Assembly (NCBI GenBank): GCA_036518915.1
Contig: DATDME010000098.1
Coordinates: 1-52,399 of the forward strand
DNA: 52,399 nt
Source: Candidatus Saccharimonadia bacterium
Lineage (GTDB): Bacteria; Patescibacteriota; Saccharimonadia; UBA4664
Direction of reading: 5' to 3'
Positions 25,994 through 35,271 of the stretch are shown here, one piece after another; the stretch's first letter is position 1; each line of letters begins with the position of its first letter. Below the pieces are notes generated by a model. That model did no database searches and was not told where the DNA came from. It saw nothing but the letters and a program-made list of their open reading frames with translations. The translations under genes were made by a program, and so were the position numbers.

Positions 25994-26253
25994 AAAAGCG
26001 TGACTTGGTTTACCTCTTGATTGCCGTGACGATATTCTTGGTCGCCGGGTACTTGGCCTACACACAGTTGATGCCTAAGTCATCGGCGAAGAGCAAGGGG
26101 ACCGTAGACGTTGAGCTGGTCGGTGTGGTGCCGAGCACGTTTGACGGCGCCGGCTTGCAGGCGATTAAAAACGAGGGCAGCGTAACCACCTTGGACTTTA
26201 ACTCGCAGCCAGACTTGTCGGGCTTGGGTAACAAAGCGCCATTTGGTCAGTGA
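25990..26253 (+). CDS. Small single-TM protein in the pilMNO operon (PilP-position)
   Basis: 87 aa. MKKRDLVYLLIAVTIFLVAGYLAY. ATGA overlap with the pilO-like gene. Confidence 0.6.
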   Translation: MKKRDLVYLLIAVTIFLVAGYLAYTQLMPKSSAKSKGTVDVELVGVVPSTFDGAGLQAIKNEGSVTTLDFNSQPDLSGLGNKAPFGQ

Positions 26254-26289
26254 GCTTGGTCGTGGCTAGCCTAGCGTCAGGAGGAACGC

Positions 26290-28062
26290 ATGCTATCAAT
26301 TGAGGGACAGCACCGGATTGAGCAGCTGCTGCTTGATGGCAAGCTGCTGGAGGCTGACGAACTCGAGGCGGCTAAGGTTGAGGCGCTTAAGGCCTCAAAA
26401 CCGCTGATTGCCTACATCGCGGAGCGTAACTTGGTGGGTGAAGAAGACCTCACCCGGTTGTCGGCCCAGGCTATGGGCGTGCCCTATGTTAACTTGACCG
26501 GCATGACGGTGGGTTCAGACATTACGAGGCTCCTGCCCCGTGATACTGCTCAAACCTACATGGCGGTGCCGTTTGGCATGCAAGAGGGCCGGTTGGCGGT
26601 GGGCATGCTTGATCCTACGAATATCCAGGCGGTGGACTTTTTATCGCGCAAGGTGGGGCACACCATTACGGTGTATTTGGCGTCGCGGGCCTCGATTGAC
26701 CACATTCTGGGCCAGTTCCAGCAGGATGTGGCGGCCGACGTGGCTTCGGCGATGGATGTCGCTAAAGTTGATGACCATCCTAAGGTAGAGGCCAAGGATG
26801 CCAAAGCCATGCAAAACTTGGTGCAGGACGCGCCAATTACGCGGGCCTTGAACGCAATTTTGGATTACGCGGCGCAATCGCATGCTTCAGATATCCACAT
26901 TGAGCCGCGCGAAAAAGAGCTGAAGATTCGCTACCGTATCGACGGTATTCTGCAGGAAACCATGACGCTGCCGAAGGGCATTGAGCCGGCGCTGATTTCG
27001 CGGATTAAGATTTTGAGCAACTTGCGGATTGATGAGCACCGGATTCCACAGGATGGTCAGTTTCAGATATCGTCGGGCGGTAATGAAATTGATTTGCGTA
27101 TTGCGATTAGTCCGGTGGTGTGGGGCGAGCAGGTGGTCATCCGGTTGCTCGATAAAGACTCCAGCATTTTGACGCTGGAAGCGTTGGGTTTCCGCGGCCG
27201 GGCTTTAAAGGTAATTTCTGAGGGTATTCATAAGCCGCATGGCATGACGCTCTCGACTGGTCCGACTGGCTCGGGTAAGAGTACCACGCTGTATGCCATC
27301 GTGCAGGAACTGAAAGATGTGTCGGTGAATATCGTCACTCTGGAAGACCCGGTGGAGTACAAGATGGACGGCATTAACCAGATTCAGGTTAACAATGATG
27401 TGGGCCTGACGTTTGCCAGCGGCTTGCGCAGTATTTTGCGCCAGGACCCCAACATTGTGCTGGTGGGGGAGATTCGTGATAAGGAAACGGCCGATTTGGC
27501 GGTGCAGGCGGCGCTGACGGGCCACGTGGTGCTATCGACGATTCACACCAACTCGGCGGCCGGCGTGCTGCCGCGTATGCTGGATATGCAAATTGAGCCA
27601 TTCTTGATTGCTTCCACGATTAATACGGTGATTGGCCAGCGCCTGGTGCGCAAGCTGTGCGAGAAGTGTAAGGAAACGTACGACACGAGCGATATCGAGA
27701 CGAAATCTATTATTGAGACAATGGGCAAAGTTTTGCCCAAGGACCGCACGGGACTCGAACAGGCCAAGAAGGACTTAGGTTATGAGCAGATCCCGTTGGG
27801 TAATCAAACGTCGTTCAAAATCTTTAAGGCGGTGGGCTGCAAAGCTTGCACCAAGGGCTACAAGGGCCGCATGGGTATTTACGAAGTGTTTGCCATGACG
27901 AATGAGATGGAGCGGCTCTTGAGCCAGCGCGCCACCACCTCCGAGGTGCAGGCGCAGGCGCAAAAGGACGGCATGCTAACCATGAAGCAAGACGGGTACT
28001 TGAAGGTGTTTAACGGGCTGACCACACTGGAAGAAGTGGCGCGTGTGGCGGCCGATTTCTAG
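26290..28062 (+). CDS. pilB: Type IV pilus extension ATPase PilB (GspE family)
   Basis: 590 aa. N-terminal GspII_E-like domain, Walker A GPTGSGKSTTL, Asp/His boxes and a tetracysteine-like CEKC..CKAC motif. SD aggagg. Confidence 0.95.
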   Translation: MLSIEGQHRIEQLLLDGKLLEADELEAAKVEALKASKPLIAYIAERNLVGEEDLTRLSAQAMGVPYVNLTGMTVGSDITRLLPRDTAQTYMAVPFGMQEGRLAVGMLDPTNIQAVDFLSRKVGHTITVYLASRASIDHILGQFQQDVAADVASAMDVAKVDDHPKVEAKDAKAMQNLVQDAPITRALNAILDYAAQSHASDIHIEPREKELKIRYRIDGILQETMTLPKGIEPALISRIKILSNLRIDEHRIPQDGQFQISSGGNEIDLRIAISPVVWGEQVVIRLLDKDSSILTLEALGFRGRALKVISEGIHKPHGMTLSTGPTGSGKSTTLYAIVQELKDVSVNIVTLEDPVEYKMDGINQIQVNNDVGLTFASGLRSILRQDPNIVLVGEIRDKETADLAVQAALTGHVVLSTIHTNSAAGVLPRMLDMQIEPFLIASTINTVIGQRLVRKLCEKCKETYDTSDIETKSIIETMGKVLPKDRTGLEQAKKDLGYEQIPLGNQTSFKIFKAVGCKACTKGYKGRMGIYEVFAMTNEMERLLSQRATTSEVQAQAQKDGMLTMKQDGYLKVFNGLTTLEEVARVAADF

Positions 28063-28077
28063 CCCTAAACGCAGTTC

Positions 28078-28104
28078 GGCCCGCCCCGAGGATCGGGGCG
28101 GGCC
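28078..28104. terminator. Perfect GC-rich hairpin after pilB
   Basis: ggcccgccccga-gga-tcggggcgggcc (12-bp stem). There is no adjacent T-run on either strand. Confidence 0.45.
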
Positions 28105-28162
28105 TGAGCGGTGCCGGTCTGGTGGACCGGATCGCCTGACGCTGGAAGCGCCGTGGGTTGTG

Positions 28163-28297
28163 CTACGGCTGCTCGACGTGCTCGGCCGCTTCGTGGGCGA
28201 TTCGCTCGGCCGTGGTCGACGGCTTCCGGTAGACGCGGGGGCCCTGGAGATTCTCCTTGACGTGCCGGACGACCTGTATGAGCTGGTGGTGGGACAT
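28163..28297 (-). CDS. Candidate 44-aa antisense ORF in the pilB-pilT spacer
   Basis: MSHHQLIQVVRHVKENLQGPRVYRKPSTTAERIAHEAAEHVEQP. GAGG lies immediately upstream, with short spacing. It is embedded in a very GC-rich stretch where chance ORFs are common. Confidence 0.2.
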   Translation of the reverse strand: MSHHQLIQVVRHVKENLQGPRVYRKPSTTAERIAHEAAEHVEQP

Positions 28298-28353
28298 GCC
28301 TCGCTCAGCCCAGCTTGTCTGGCATCACCTGGGTCATCGTAATCTAAACCGCC

Positions 28354-28376
28354 ATTTTGTTTTGCGTTGCTATAGC
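28354..28376 (+). repeat. Arm-only copy (C) of the TTTTGTTTTG-N4-5-GCTATAG motif
   Basis: attttgttttgcgttgctatagc, 54 nt upstream of the pilT start. No partner arm was found. Confidence 0.45.
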
Positions 28377-28429
28377 ATTGGTATTTTCATACCCCTTGTG
28401 CTTTAATGAATGTAACTTTGAGGTGATCT

Positions 28430-29500
28430 GTGGAGAGAAGCGCGCTTAAAATTGAATTGTTGCTCGAGCAAGTCATCCGCATGGACGCGTCGGATTTGCA
28501 CATTCAGGTAGGCTTGCCGCCAATGTTGCGGGTGGACGGCAGCCTGCGGCCAGTCAATGATGCTCCGGTGCTGGAAAGCGCCGACGTTGAGAAGCTGGTA
28601 TTTTCGATCCTCGATGACGACCAGAAAGAAATCCTCATCAAGGATAAAGAGGTAGACTTCTCGTTCTCGTTTGGTAACTATGGTCGGTTCCGGGTGAACG
28701 CCTTCCACGAGCGGGGTAACCTGGCGGGAGCGCTGCGGTTGATCCCCAGCAAGATCCGCACACTGGAAGAACTGCAGATGCCAAAGGTGTTGCAATCGTT
28801 TACGGAGTTTCCGCGCGGTTTGGTTTTGGTGACCGGCCCAACCGGTTCGGGTAAGAGTACCACGCTGGCGGCCATGGTGGACCGCATCAATACTGAGCGG
28901 TCGTGTCACATTTTGACGATTGAAGACCCCATTGAGTACGCGCACGTGTCAAAGAAATCAATCGTGGTGCAGCGGGAAATCCACTACGATACCTACTCGT
29001 TTGCGGCGGCACTGCGCTCAAGTTTGCGTCAAGACCCCGATGTGGTACTGATCGGTGAGATGCGTGATTTGGAGACGATTGCTGCGGCCGTCACCATTGC
29101 AGAAACCGGCCACTTGGTGCTGGCAACCCTGCACACCAACAGCGCGGCCCAATCCATCGACCGGATGATTGACGTCTTTCCGCCGCACCAGCAGCAGCAG
29201 ATCCGCGTGCAGCTGGCCGGCATGCTGCAGGGTATTTGCTCGCAGCGGCTGGTGCCGGGCATTGGCGGCGGCCGGGTGGTGGCTTCGGAGATTCTGGTGG
29301 CCACGGGCGCCGTGCGTAACATTATTCGCGAGGGCAAGACCCATCAGCTGGACGCCGTGATTCAAACCGGCGCCGAGCACGGCATGCAGAGCATGGACCG
29401 CACATTGGTATCGCTGATTCAGAGCGGCAAGATTACCTACGACGAAGCCAAGAACTTCGCAATTGATTTGCAAGAGCTTGAACGCTTGATGAGAGGATAA
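28430..29500 (+). CDS. pilT: Twitching-motility (retraction) ATPase PilT
   Basis: 356 aa. ASDLHIQVGLPPMLRVDG, Walker A GPTGSGKSTTL and the AIRNLIREGK-like motif (AVRNIIREGK). GTG start with SD gaggtga. Confidence 0.95.
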   Translation: MERSALKIELLLEQVIRMDASDLHIQVGLPPMLRVDGSLRPVNDAPVLESADVEKLVFSILDDDQKEILIKDKEVDFSFSFGNYGRFRVNAFHERGNLAGALRLIPSKIRTLEELQMPKVLQSFTEFPRGLVLVTGPTGSGKSTTLAAMVDRINTERSCHILTIEDPIEYAHVSKKSIVVQREIHYDTYSFAAALRSSLRQDPDVVLIGEMRDLETIAAAVTIAETGHLVLATLHTNSAAQSIDRMIDVFPPHQQQQIRVQLAGMLQGICSQRLVPGIGGGRVVASEILVATGAVRNIIREGKTHQLDAVIQTGAEHGMQSMDRTLVSLIQSGKITYDEAKNFAIDLQELERLMRG

Positions 29501-29509
29501 CAGGGCAGC

Positions 29510-30736
29510 ATGCAGACTTTCCTGTATAGCGCGCACAAAGGCGACACTGACGAGGTCGTTAAGGCTGAAGTTCAGGCCGAAACGGAATCAGCCGCGGCCA
29601 AGCTGCTCATGAGCCAGGGGCTGTTCCCGATTTCGATTGACCCCAAGGAGGGTGCAAGTTTTTTGAGCAAAGCCGGTTTTGGCGGCCGGGTATCCACTAA
29701 AGACCGCATTATTTTCACCCGGCAGCTTTCGACGCTGATCAACGCCGGCTTGCCGCTGGCGCAAAGTCTGCGGACGGTGACAGACCAGATCGTCAACAAG
29801 AATCTGAAGGATATTGTGACGCAAGTGGTAGCCAGTGTGGAGTCGGGCACGAGCTTGAGCCAGTCGTTTGGGCGTTTTCCGCGGGTCTTCAGTGATGTGT
29901 ATGTGAGCCTGGTGGCGGCGGGTGAAGCGTCGGGCTCGTTAGACAAAACCCTGGAGCGTATAGCCAACCAGCAAGAAAAAGACGCAGCCATCTTGAGCAA
30001 GATCCGGGGCGCGTTGGTTTATCCGGTGATCGTGCTGTTCGTGATTCTGGCCGTGCTGGTGTTCATGTTGACGACGGTGCTGCCGCAGGTGGGGTCGCTC
30101 TATAAGGACTTGGGTAAAGAGCTACCGATTTTGACCCGCATCCTGCTCGCGATGTCGAACTTTATTGTGCATTATTGGTACATTGCCATTGTGGGCGTGG
30201 CGGCTGGCGTGTTTGGCATCCGCAGCTACGTGCAAACGCCGATGGGTCGGGCTAACCTAGACACATTCAAGCTCAACATGCCGCTGTTTGGGCGGATTTT
30301 CCGCAAGGTCTACATGGCCCGGTTTGCTCGCACCATGAGCACAATGCTGTCGAGTGGTATTCCTATGCTGGAAGCGTTGCGGATCGTGAAGCAGTCGATT
30401 GGCAACGTGCACGTGGAGGCGGCCTTGGAACAGTCAATCAGCGGCGTGAAGAGTGGCAAGGCGCTCTCGGCGACGTTGGAAAACCAGGGCACGTTTTTGA
30501 AGCTCGTACCCCAAATGGTGCGGATCGGTGAACAATCCGGCGCAATTGACGGCATGCTCGACCGGGTGGCCGGTTATTACGAGAACGAGGTTGACGAAGA
30601 GGTAAAAAACTTATCAACGACAATTGAGCCCCTGTTGATGGTGGTGCTTGGCGTGGTCGTTGGTGGTGTAATCGCGGCAATCTTGTTACCAGTGTACTCG
30701 CTGGTAGGCTCGGGAGGTGTCGATAACCTGAAATAA
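29510..30736 (+). CDS. pilC: Type IV pilus platform protein PilC (GspF family)
   Basis: 408 aa. Two GspF repeats (FTRQLSTLINAGLPLAQSL / FARTMSTMLSSGIPMLEAL) and 3 TM. Confidence 0.93.
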   Translation: MQTFLYSAHKGDTDEVVKAEVQAETESAAAKLLMSQGLFPISIDPKEGASFLSKAGFGGRVSTKDRIIFTRQLSTLINAGLPLAQSLRTVTDQIVNKNLKDIVTQVVASVESGTSLSQSFGRFPRVFSDVYVSLVAAGEASGSLDKTLERIANQQEKDAAILSKIRGALVYPVIVLFVILAVLVFMLTTVLPQVGSLYKDLGKELPILTRILLAMSNFIVHYWYIAIVGVAAGVFGIRSYVQTPMGRANLDTFKLNMPLFGRIFRKVYMARFARTMSTMLSSGIPMLEALRIVKQSIGNVHVEAALEQSISGVKSGKALSATLENQGTFLKLVPQMVRIGEQSGAIDGMLDRVAGYYENEVDEEVKNLSTTIEPLLMVVLGVVVGGVIAAILLPVYSLVGSGGVDNLK

Positions 30737-30839
30737 GCGAGACGGAAGCCCGCGCATTGACACCAGTAAGCATAAGTGCAATACTTAGCTTAAGTTGTCA
30801 GCATCAACTCATAAGTAATATTTAAGAAAGGTAAGAATA

Positions 30840-31268
30840 GTGAGCAACCTTTTGAAGCGGGAGAAAGGCTTTACCCTGATCGAGATCGTGCTGGTCTTGG
30901 CGATTGCTGGCTTGCTGCTCGTGATCGTCTTCCTGGCGGTCCAGGGCGCGAACCGGTCACGTCGTGATGCTCAGCGCAAGCAAGACGCCGGCCGGATGTT
31001 AGCGGCCATGAGTGAGTGCGCCTCGAACAACAACGGCCAGTATGGTACGACCTGTTCTGGTACGACCAGCACGCTGATCAGCGGCGGTTACTTCTCTGGT
31101 AGTGACCCGAATGGCACCGCGTACAGCTTGGTAGGTGGTGCGCCGGCTAACCCAGGTGAAATCCGCCCTGGTTACGGTGTGAACGCGGCCTGTCCGGGTA
31201 CGACGGCCAACACGGCTTACGTACAGGTTTACCAGGAAGCTGGTTCGGCTTACTGCGTCCACAACTAG
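30840..31268 (+). CDS. pilA: Type IV (major) pilin
   Basis: 142 aa. Prepilin signature KREKG|FTLIEIVLVLAIAGLLL, C-terminal Cys pair candidates, and a strong terminator follows. Confidence 0.9.
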   Translation: MSNLLKREKGFTLIEIVLVLAIAGLLLVIVFLAVQGANRSRRDAQRKQDAGRMLAAMSECASNNNGQYGTTCSGTTSTLISGGYFSGSDPNGTAYSLVGGAPANPGEIRPGYGVNAACPGTTANTAYVQVYQEAGSAYCVHN

Positions 31269-31286
31269 CCTGACGAAGTTCTTGAG

Positions 31287-31314
31287 CAAAAAGCGGCCAA
31301 ATGGCCGCTTTTTT
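31287..31314 (+). terminator. Intrinsic terminator after pilA
   Basis: aaaaaagcggcc-aaat-ggccgctttttt. It lies inside the ORF-track N-terminal extension of pilD, which is therefore rejected. Confidence 0.85.
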
Positions 31315-31323
31315 GTATATACT

Positions 31324-32130
31324 ATGCTTATGCTTGATGAGCGATTGATATGGGCAGTGGCGGCGGCCGGGTTTGGGCTGATATTTGGCTCGGCCATAAA
31401 TGCGCTGGTGTGGCGGCTGAAGGTGGGGCGGAGCTGGGTGCATGGTCGTAGCGAGTGCCCGGATTGCGGCCATAAGCTGGCGGCCAAGGATTTAGTGCCA
31501 GTGTTTAGCTGGCTGTGGCTGGGCGGCAAATGCCGGTATTGTAAGCGGCCCATTCAAGACCACCCGCTCGTGGAGGTGGTAACGGCCTTGCTGTTTGGCC
31601 TGAGTGTATTCGTGCTGTTGCCAGTGACATGGATCCAGGGGGTGCTGTTGGGGATCTGGCTTGTCATGCTGGTGCTCCTGGTGGCGCTAGCGGCGTTTGA
31701 TGCGCGCTGGATGCTGTTGCCGGATAAGCTTATGGCGCCGCTGGCGGTGGTGGCGGTGGGGTACATGCTGACGGCGGCTGGGACGAGTGGCAGCTGGCGC
31801 GTGATTACCGGCTCGCTGGGCGCGGCGGTGGTGTTTGGTGGGGCGTTTTTGCTGCTTACGGTGCTGACGCGCGGCCGGGGCATGGGCGGCGGTGATATCA
31901 AGCTGGCGTTTGTGATGGGGTTAATGTTGGGTTTGAAGGCCACGGCGCTGGCGATGCTGGTGGCGTTTAACGTGGCGGCGCTGGTGGGCATCGGCTTGAT
32001 TGTCATGAAGCACCGCCGCCGGCGCGACCAAATTCCGTTTGGTCCGTTTTTGGTGCTGGGAACGGTGGTAGCGTTTTTGTGGGGACGGCAGGTTTTTGAG
32101 TGGTATCTTAGTGTTAATGGTCTCAACTAG
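31324..32130 (+). CDS. pilD: Prepilin peptidase / N-methyltransferase PilD (A24 family)
   Basis: MLMLDERLIWAV.. Zn-binding CPDCGHKL..CRYCKRPI, multi-TM and the GGGDIKL active-site region. Confidence 0.92.
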   Translation: MLMLDERLIWAVAAAGFGLIFGSAINALVWRLKVGRSWVHGRSECPDCGHKLAAKDLVPVFSWLWLGGKCRYCKRPIQDHPLVEVVTALLFGLSVFVLLPVTWIQGVLLGIWLVMLVLLVALAAFDARWMLLPDKLMAPLAVVAVGYMLTAAGTSGSWRVITGSLGAAVVFGGAFLLLTVLTRGRGMGGGDIKLAFVMGLMLGLKATALAMLVAFNVAALVGIGLIVMKHRRRRDQIPFGPFLVLGTVVAFLWGRQVFEWYLSVNGLN

Positions 32131-32145
32131 CCTGGGAGCGAGACC

Positions 32146-32796
32146 GTGCTACAATTGAAAGTACTTATGGTGAGACGAGCACAGAGCGGGTTTACGCTGA
32201 TTGAGATTATCTTTGTGCTGGCCTTATCGTCTTTGATGTTTGTGGCGGTGCTGGCCGGTGAGCGTTACTTGCGTAGCCGGACGCAGTTTGACGCCAATGT
32301 TAACCGGGTGGTGGCCAGCGAAACGGAGGCGCGCAACCGGGCCGCGTCGGTGCGTAACACCGCCGGCGACGGTACGGGTACGGCGAAGTGTGGGGGAGCG
32401 GCGCCCAACGCCAGTGGGGTTTTCCCGTACCGTGAGTATATTTTTGCCGGCACGGAGTGGGTGGCTTCGGGCACGAGCCCGATGATTACCATTCGGTCCT
32501 GGAAGGCGCTGCCAGGGTCGTTCGCCTGTAGTTTTGATTCCGAAGTTGTGGCAATTCCGAGTAACACGGTGGCTTCGGCGCCGGCGCCCAATGGCGGGCG
32601 GGTGTTGTTTATCCGCGATGATTTTGGCCGGGTACGCACTTGTTTCCTGACGGATGTAACAACTGATGTGTCGGCGACGTTTGCGGGTGGCGCTTGTCCT
32701 ACCAACCTGACGGGCTTGACGGTATCGGTGGCGGATAATGAGAGCCACACGGCTGATGTCGTGATTGACGCCAGTGGCCTAGCGAGGCGGAATTAG
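32146..32796 (+). CDS. Minor pilin / pseudopilin (prepilin-type N-terminal domain)
   Basis: ..RRAQSG|FTLIEIIFVLALSSLMFV. The start may instead be ATG 32167. Confidence 0.8.
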   Translation: MLQLKVLMVRRAQSGFTLIEIIFVLALSSLMFVAVLAGERYLRSRTQFDANVNRVVASETEARNRAASVRNTAGDGTGTAKCGGAAPNASGVFPYREYIFAGTEWVASGTSPMITIRSWKALPGSFACSFDSEVVAIPSNTVASAPAPNGGRVLFIRDDFGRVRTCFLTDVTTDVSATFAGGACPTNLTGLTVSVADNESHTADVVIDASGLARRN

Positions 32797-32798
32797 CG

Positions 32799-33416
32799 AT
32801 GCGGCAGTTATTGCATAGTGCGGGGCCATCATCGCGCAGTGCGGGGCCATCATTGCGCCAGGCCGGCTTTACGCTCATCGAGTTGATCTTGGCCATGGCG
32901 GTGTTTAGCATGATGCTCTTAATTATCGTGAACGGCTTTATTACGGTGGTGCACTTGCATAACTCAGCGATGGCGTTAAATGATGCGCAGGATAATGCTC
33001 GTTCGGCCATGGACCAAGTCACGCAGGCCGTGCGCAATGCGTCGCCGACAGCCGATCCGGTGGTGCAGGGCTCGGCACCGGTGGGCGCCACCTTGTGCTT
33101 GCAAAGCGATACCGGTCCTGAAGTGATTTTCTATGTAACTGGCACGACGTTATACCGAGCTGACGGCTGCACGGCCCGGCTTAACCAGCAAGCTCTCACC
33201 AACGCCAATGTAATGGTGACCAACTTCGACCCGACCGTCATCCACGCGACCGGCTCGGCGGGCAGCAAGGCTGACGTGGAGGTGTCGTTGACGGTGGCGA
33301 CCAACAATGGAACCACGAATGGCGCGCCCGGCGAGGCGGTGCAATGTGGTGTGGGTACATCAACACAGACGTTTTGCTCCGTTGTGACATTAAAATCGGG
33401 GGTAACGCCAAGATGA
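32799..33416 (+). CDS. Minor pilin with an unusually long, internally duplicated leader peptide
   Basis: MRQLLHSAGPSSRSAGPSLRQAG|FTLIELILAMAVFSMMLL. Confidence 0.8.
   Translation: MRQLLHSAGPSSRSAGPSLRQAGFTLIELILAMAVFSMMLLIIVNGFITVVHLHNSAMALNDAQDNARSAMDQVTQAVRNASPTADPVVQGSAPVGATLCLQSDTGPEVIFYVTGTTLYRADGCTARLNQQALTNANVMVTNFDPTVIHATGSAGSKADVEVSLTVATNNGTTNGAPGEAVQCGVGTSTQTFCSVVTLKSGVTPR
32817..32858 (+). repeat. 21-bp tandem duplication (x2, 1 mismatch) inside the minor-pilin leader
   Basis: agtgcggggccatcatcgcgc / agtgcggggccatcattgcgc, encoding SAGPSSR-SAGPSLR. Confidence 0.9.
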
Positions 33417-34486
33417 GACGTCGGACGCCGGCTGAAGCTGGCTATGTGTCGTTGCTGACAGCCATACTCATTAGCTTGCTGTTGTTGACGATTACGATGA
33501 GCATGGTCGTGCTCGAGGTGGCGCAGTTGCGTAAGGCGTCGGATTCGGAGCAGTCATTGAAGGCCTACTATACGGCTGAAGCGGGTGTGGAAGACGCCGT
33601 AAACCGGGTATTAAGCGGTGCCGTGACGTCTGACCAAAATTGCTCCAACGCTGCGGGCAACCCGTTGGGCGGAGCATCGCAAAACACGTTTGATTCGGCT
33701 GGTGCGGCGGGCTGGACTTGCCAGCAAATTTCGTTTTCTGGTGCGCCGCAGGGCAAGCTTGACCAGCCGGACGTTGCGAAAACCGTTGATCCAGGCGCCT
33801 CGCTCTTTAGCTCGGTGGTGCTGGAGTGGGACCAATCGGCCGGCACTTTGGCGGATAACGCACCACTGGGCTTACTGCCAACCCAGGCGGCATACAATAG
33901 TGCTCCGTTTATGCCTCCGGTAGAAATGACGGTCATCCGCTACCCGACCGGCCAGGTGCGTACCAATGACATTTGCACCGGGAGTCAGACGCCTTCAAAT
34001 TCGAGCTGCTTGGTCTTGCTGCAAAACGCCCTGTTTGTGCCGGGTGGTCCGGCGGCGGGTGGGACGGTTGCCTTTAACGACGGGTTCAGCAGCGGCGGAC
34101 CATACCAAGGCAACTGTCAGAACGGCCGGACCTCAAACCCGTATTACTCGGCCACGCCATACCGCTGCTACATTCGGCTGACGGGCTTTGCTGGCAGCGG
34201 CAACTACATGTTTCGGCTGCGGTCGAAGTATGGGGCGTCGTCATACCGTATGACGTTTTATAACCCGGCCGGGAATGTGGTGGCAGTGCCGGACGGGACC
34301 GCCACCGTCGACGTCACAGCTAGGGCTGGCGACACGTTCCGCCGTACGATTACCAAAGTGCCCATTACCAATAACCAGGCCAGTGGCCTCAACTATGTGG
34401 TTTTCTCTGACTCGGGTGTCTGTAAGACCTTTGAGGTGGTCGATAACGTCTTCCCGACGACAGGTGCGGTGCCAACATGCAATTAA
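33413..34486 (+). CDS. PilX-like minor pilin / pilus-associated protein
   Basis: ATG 33413 with ATGA overlap. MRRRTPAEAGYVSLLTAILISLLLLTITMSMVVLEVAQLR..AYYTAEAGVEDA matches PilX N-terminal domain architecture. Confidence 0.7.
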   Translation: MRRRTPAEAGYVSLLTAILISLLLLTITMSMVVLEVAQLRKASDSEQSLKAYYTAEAGVEDAVNRVLSGAVTSDQNCSNAAGNPLGGASQNTFDSAGAAGWTCQQISFSGAPQGKLDQPDVAKTVDPGASLFSSVVLEWDQSAGTLADNAPLGLLPTQAAYNSAPFMPPVEMTVIRYPTGQVRTNDICTGSQTPSNSSCLVLLQNALFVPGGPAAGGTVAFNDGFSSGGPYQGNCQNGRTSNPYYSATPYRCYIRLTGFAGSGNYMFRLRSKYGASSYRMTFYNPAGNVVAVPDGTATVDVTARAGDTFRRTITKVPITNNQASGLNYVVFSDSGVCKTFEVVDNVFPTTGAVPTCN

Positions 34487-35271
34487 CCCGTCATCATCAA
34501 CGCGGCGATACGCTGATTGAGGTTACGATTGCGCTGGCAATTCTGTCAATGACGCTGATGGGCGCCACCCGCTTGGCGGTCCGGGCGTTTCAGCAGGGAC
34601 AGACAGCCCGTGAGCGGACGGCGCTGGCTCTCACGGCCCAGCAGCAGCTGGAGCATTTGCGCAACTTCCGCGACACATCGAGCTGGACGGAGTTTGTGAA
34701 TGGCAGCGGGAGCGGTTTGTTTAGGGGGGTGCTGTCGGCTCATACTGGCGGACCGTGCCAGCAATCCGGGTGCTTTACGATGCGACAGAATGGCAGTCGG
34801 TTTGAGCCGGTCGACGGGTACGTCCAGAACTCAACCGTCGCTAACTCCTATGTGGAGATCCATGCCCAGGCGGCTGGTGCCAAGATGGTTAAGTTTACGG
34901 TCAGCTGGGGCTTCCCGGACGTCTCGGGCGGGCCAGATAATGTCGGCCATGTGGTAACTCAATTGACTGATTTGACAGCGGTTTTGGCAACGACGGCGCC
35001 GGCACCTAGCGGCCCAGTTTCGACGCTTGACTCGCCGTGCACCGACGGCGTGGCTGAGCTCGTGTATAACTTTGTGCCGATGACGTTGTTTGAAAATAAC
35101 TACAGTACGATTGACGCGTATATTGACTCCAATGGGCTCGGTTACGGCGTGCATAACTCGGTTGTAACTAATGGTAACGGCACGAACTGGCCCGGCCCCA
35201 ACCCGCCGCAAAAAACCTTTACCGGCAGTATCGGTTCACTCGTGGGCGGGAATTATCCAGGTAACATTTAA
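34477..35271 (+). CDS. Pilin-like protein (non-canonical prepilin N-terminus), upstream part
   Basis: MQLTRHHQRG|DTLIEVTIALAILSMTLMGA. Ends at ATT-TAA (35266-35271), and coding-like sequence continues in the +1 frame. Confidence 0.7.
   Translation: MQLTRHHQRGDTLIEVTIALAILSMTLMGATRLAVRAFQQGQTARERTALALTAQQQLEHLRNFRDTSSWTEFVNGSGSGLFRGVLSAHTGGPCQQSGCFTMRQNGSRFEPVDGYVQNSTVANSYVEIHAQAAGAKMVKFTVSWGFPDVSGGPDNVGHVVTQLTDLTAVLATTAPAPSGPVSTLDSPCTDGVAELVYNFVPMTLFENNYSTIDAYIDSNGLGYGVHNSVVTNGNGTNWPGPNPPQKTFTGSIGSLVGGNYPGNI

Noticed and set aside
32817-32858. Short tandem repeats (here and at 45812-45853) considered as possible CRISPR arrays.
   Set aside because: Only two contiguous copies each, with no spacers. 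One lies inside a CDS. No cas genes are in the window.
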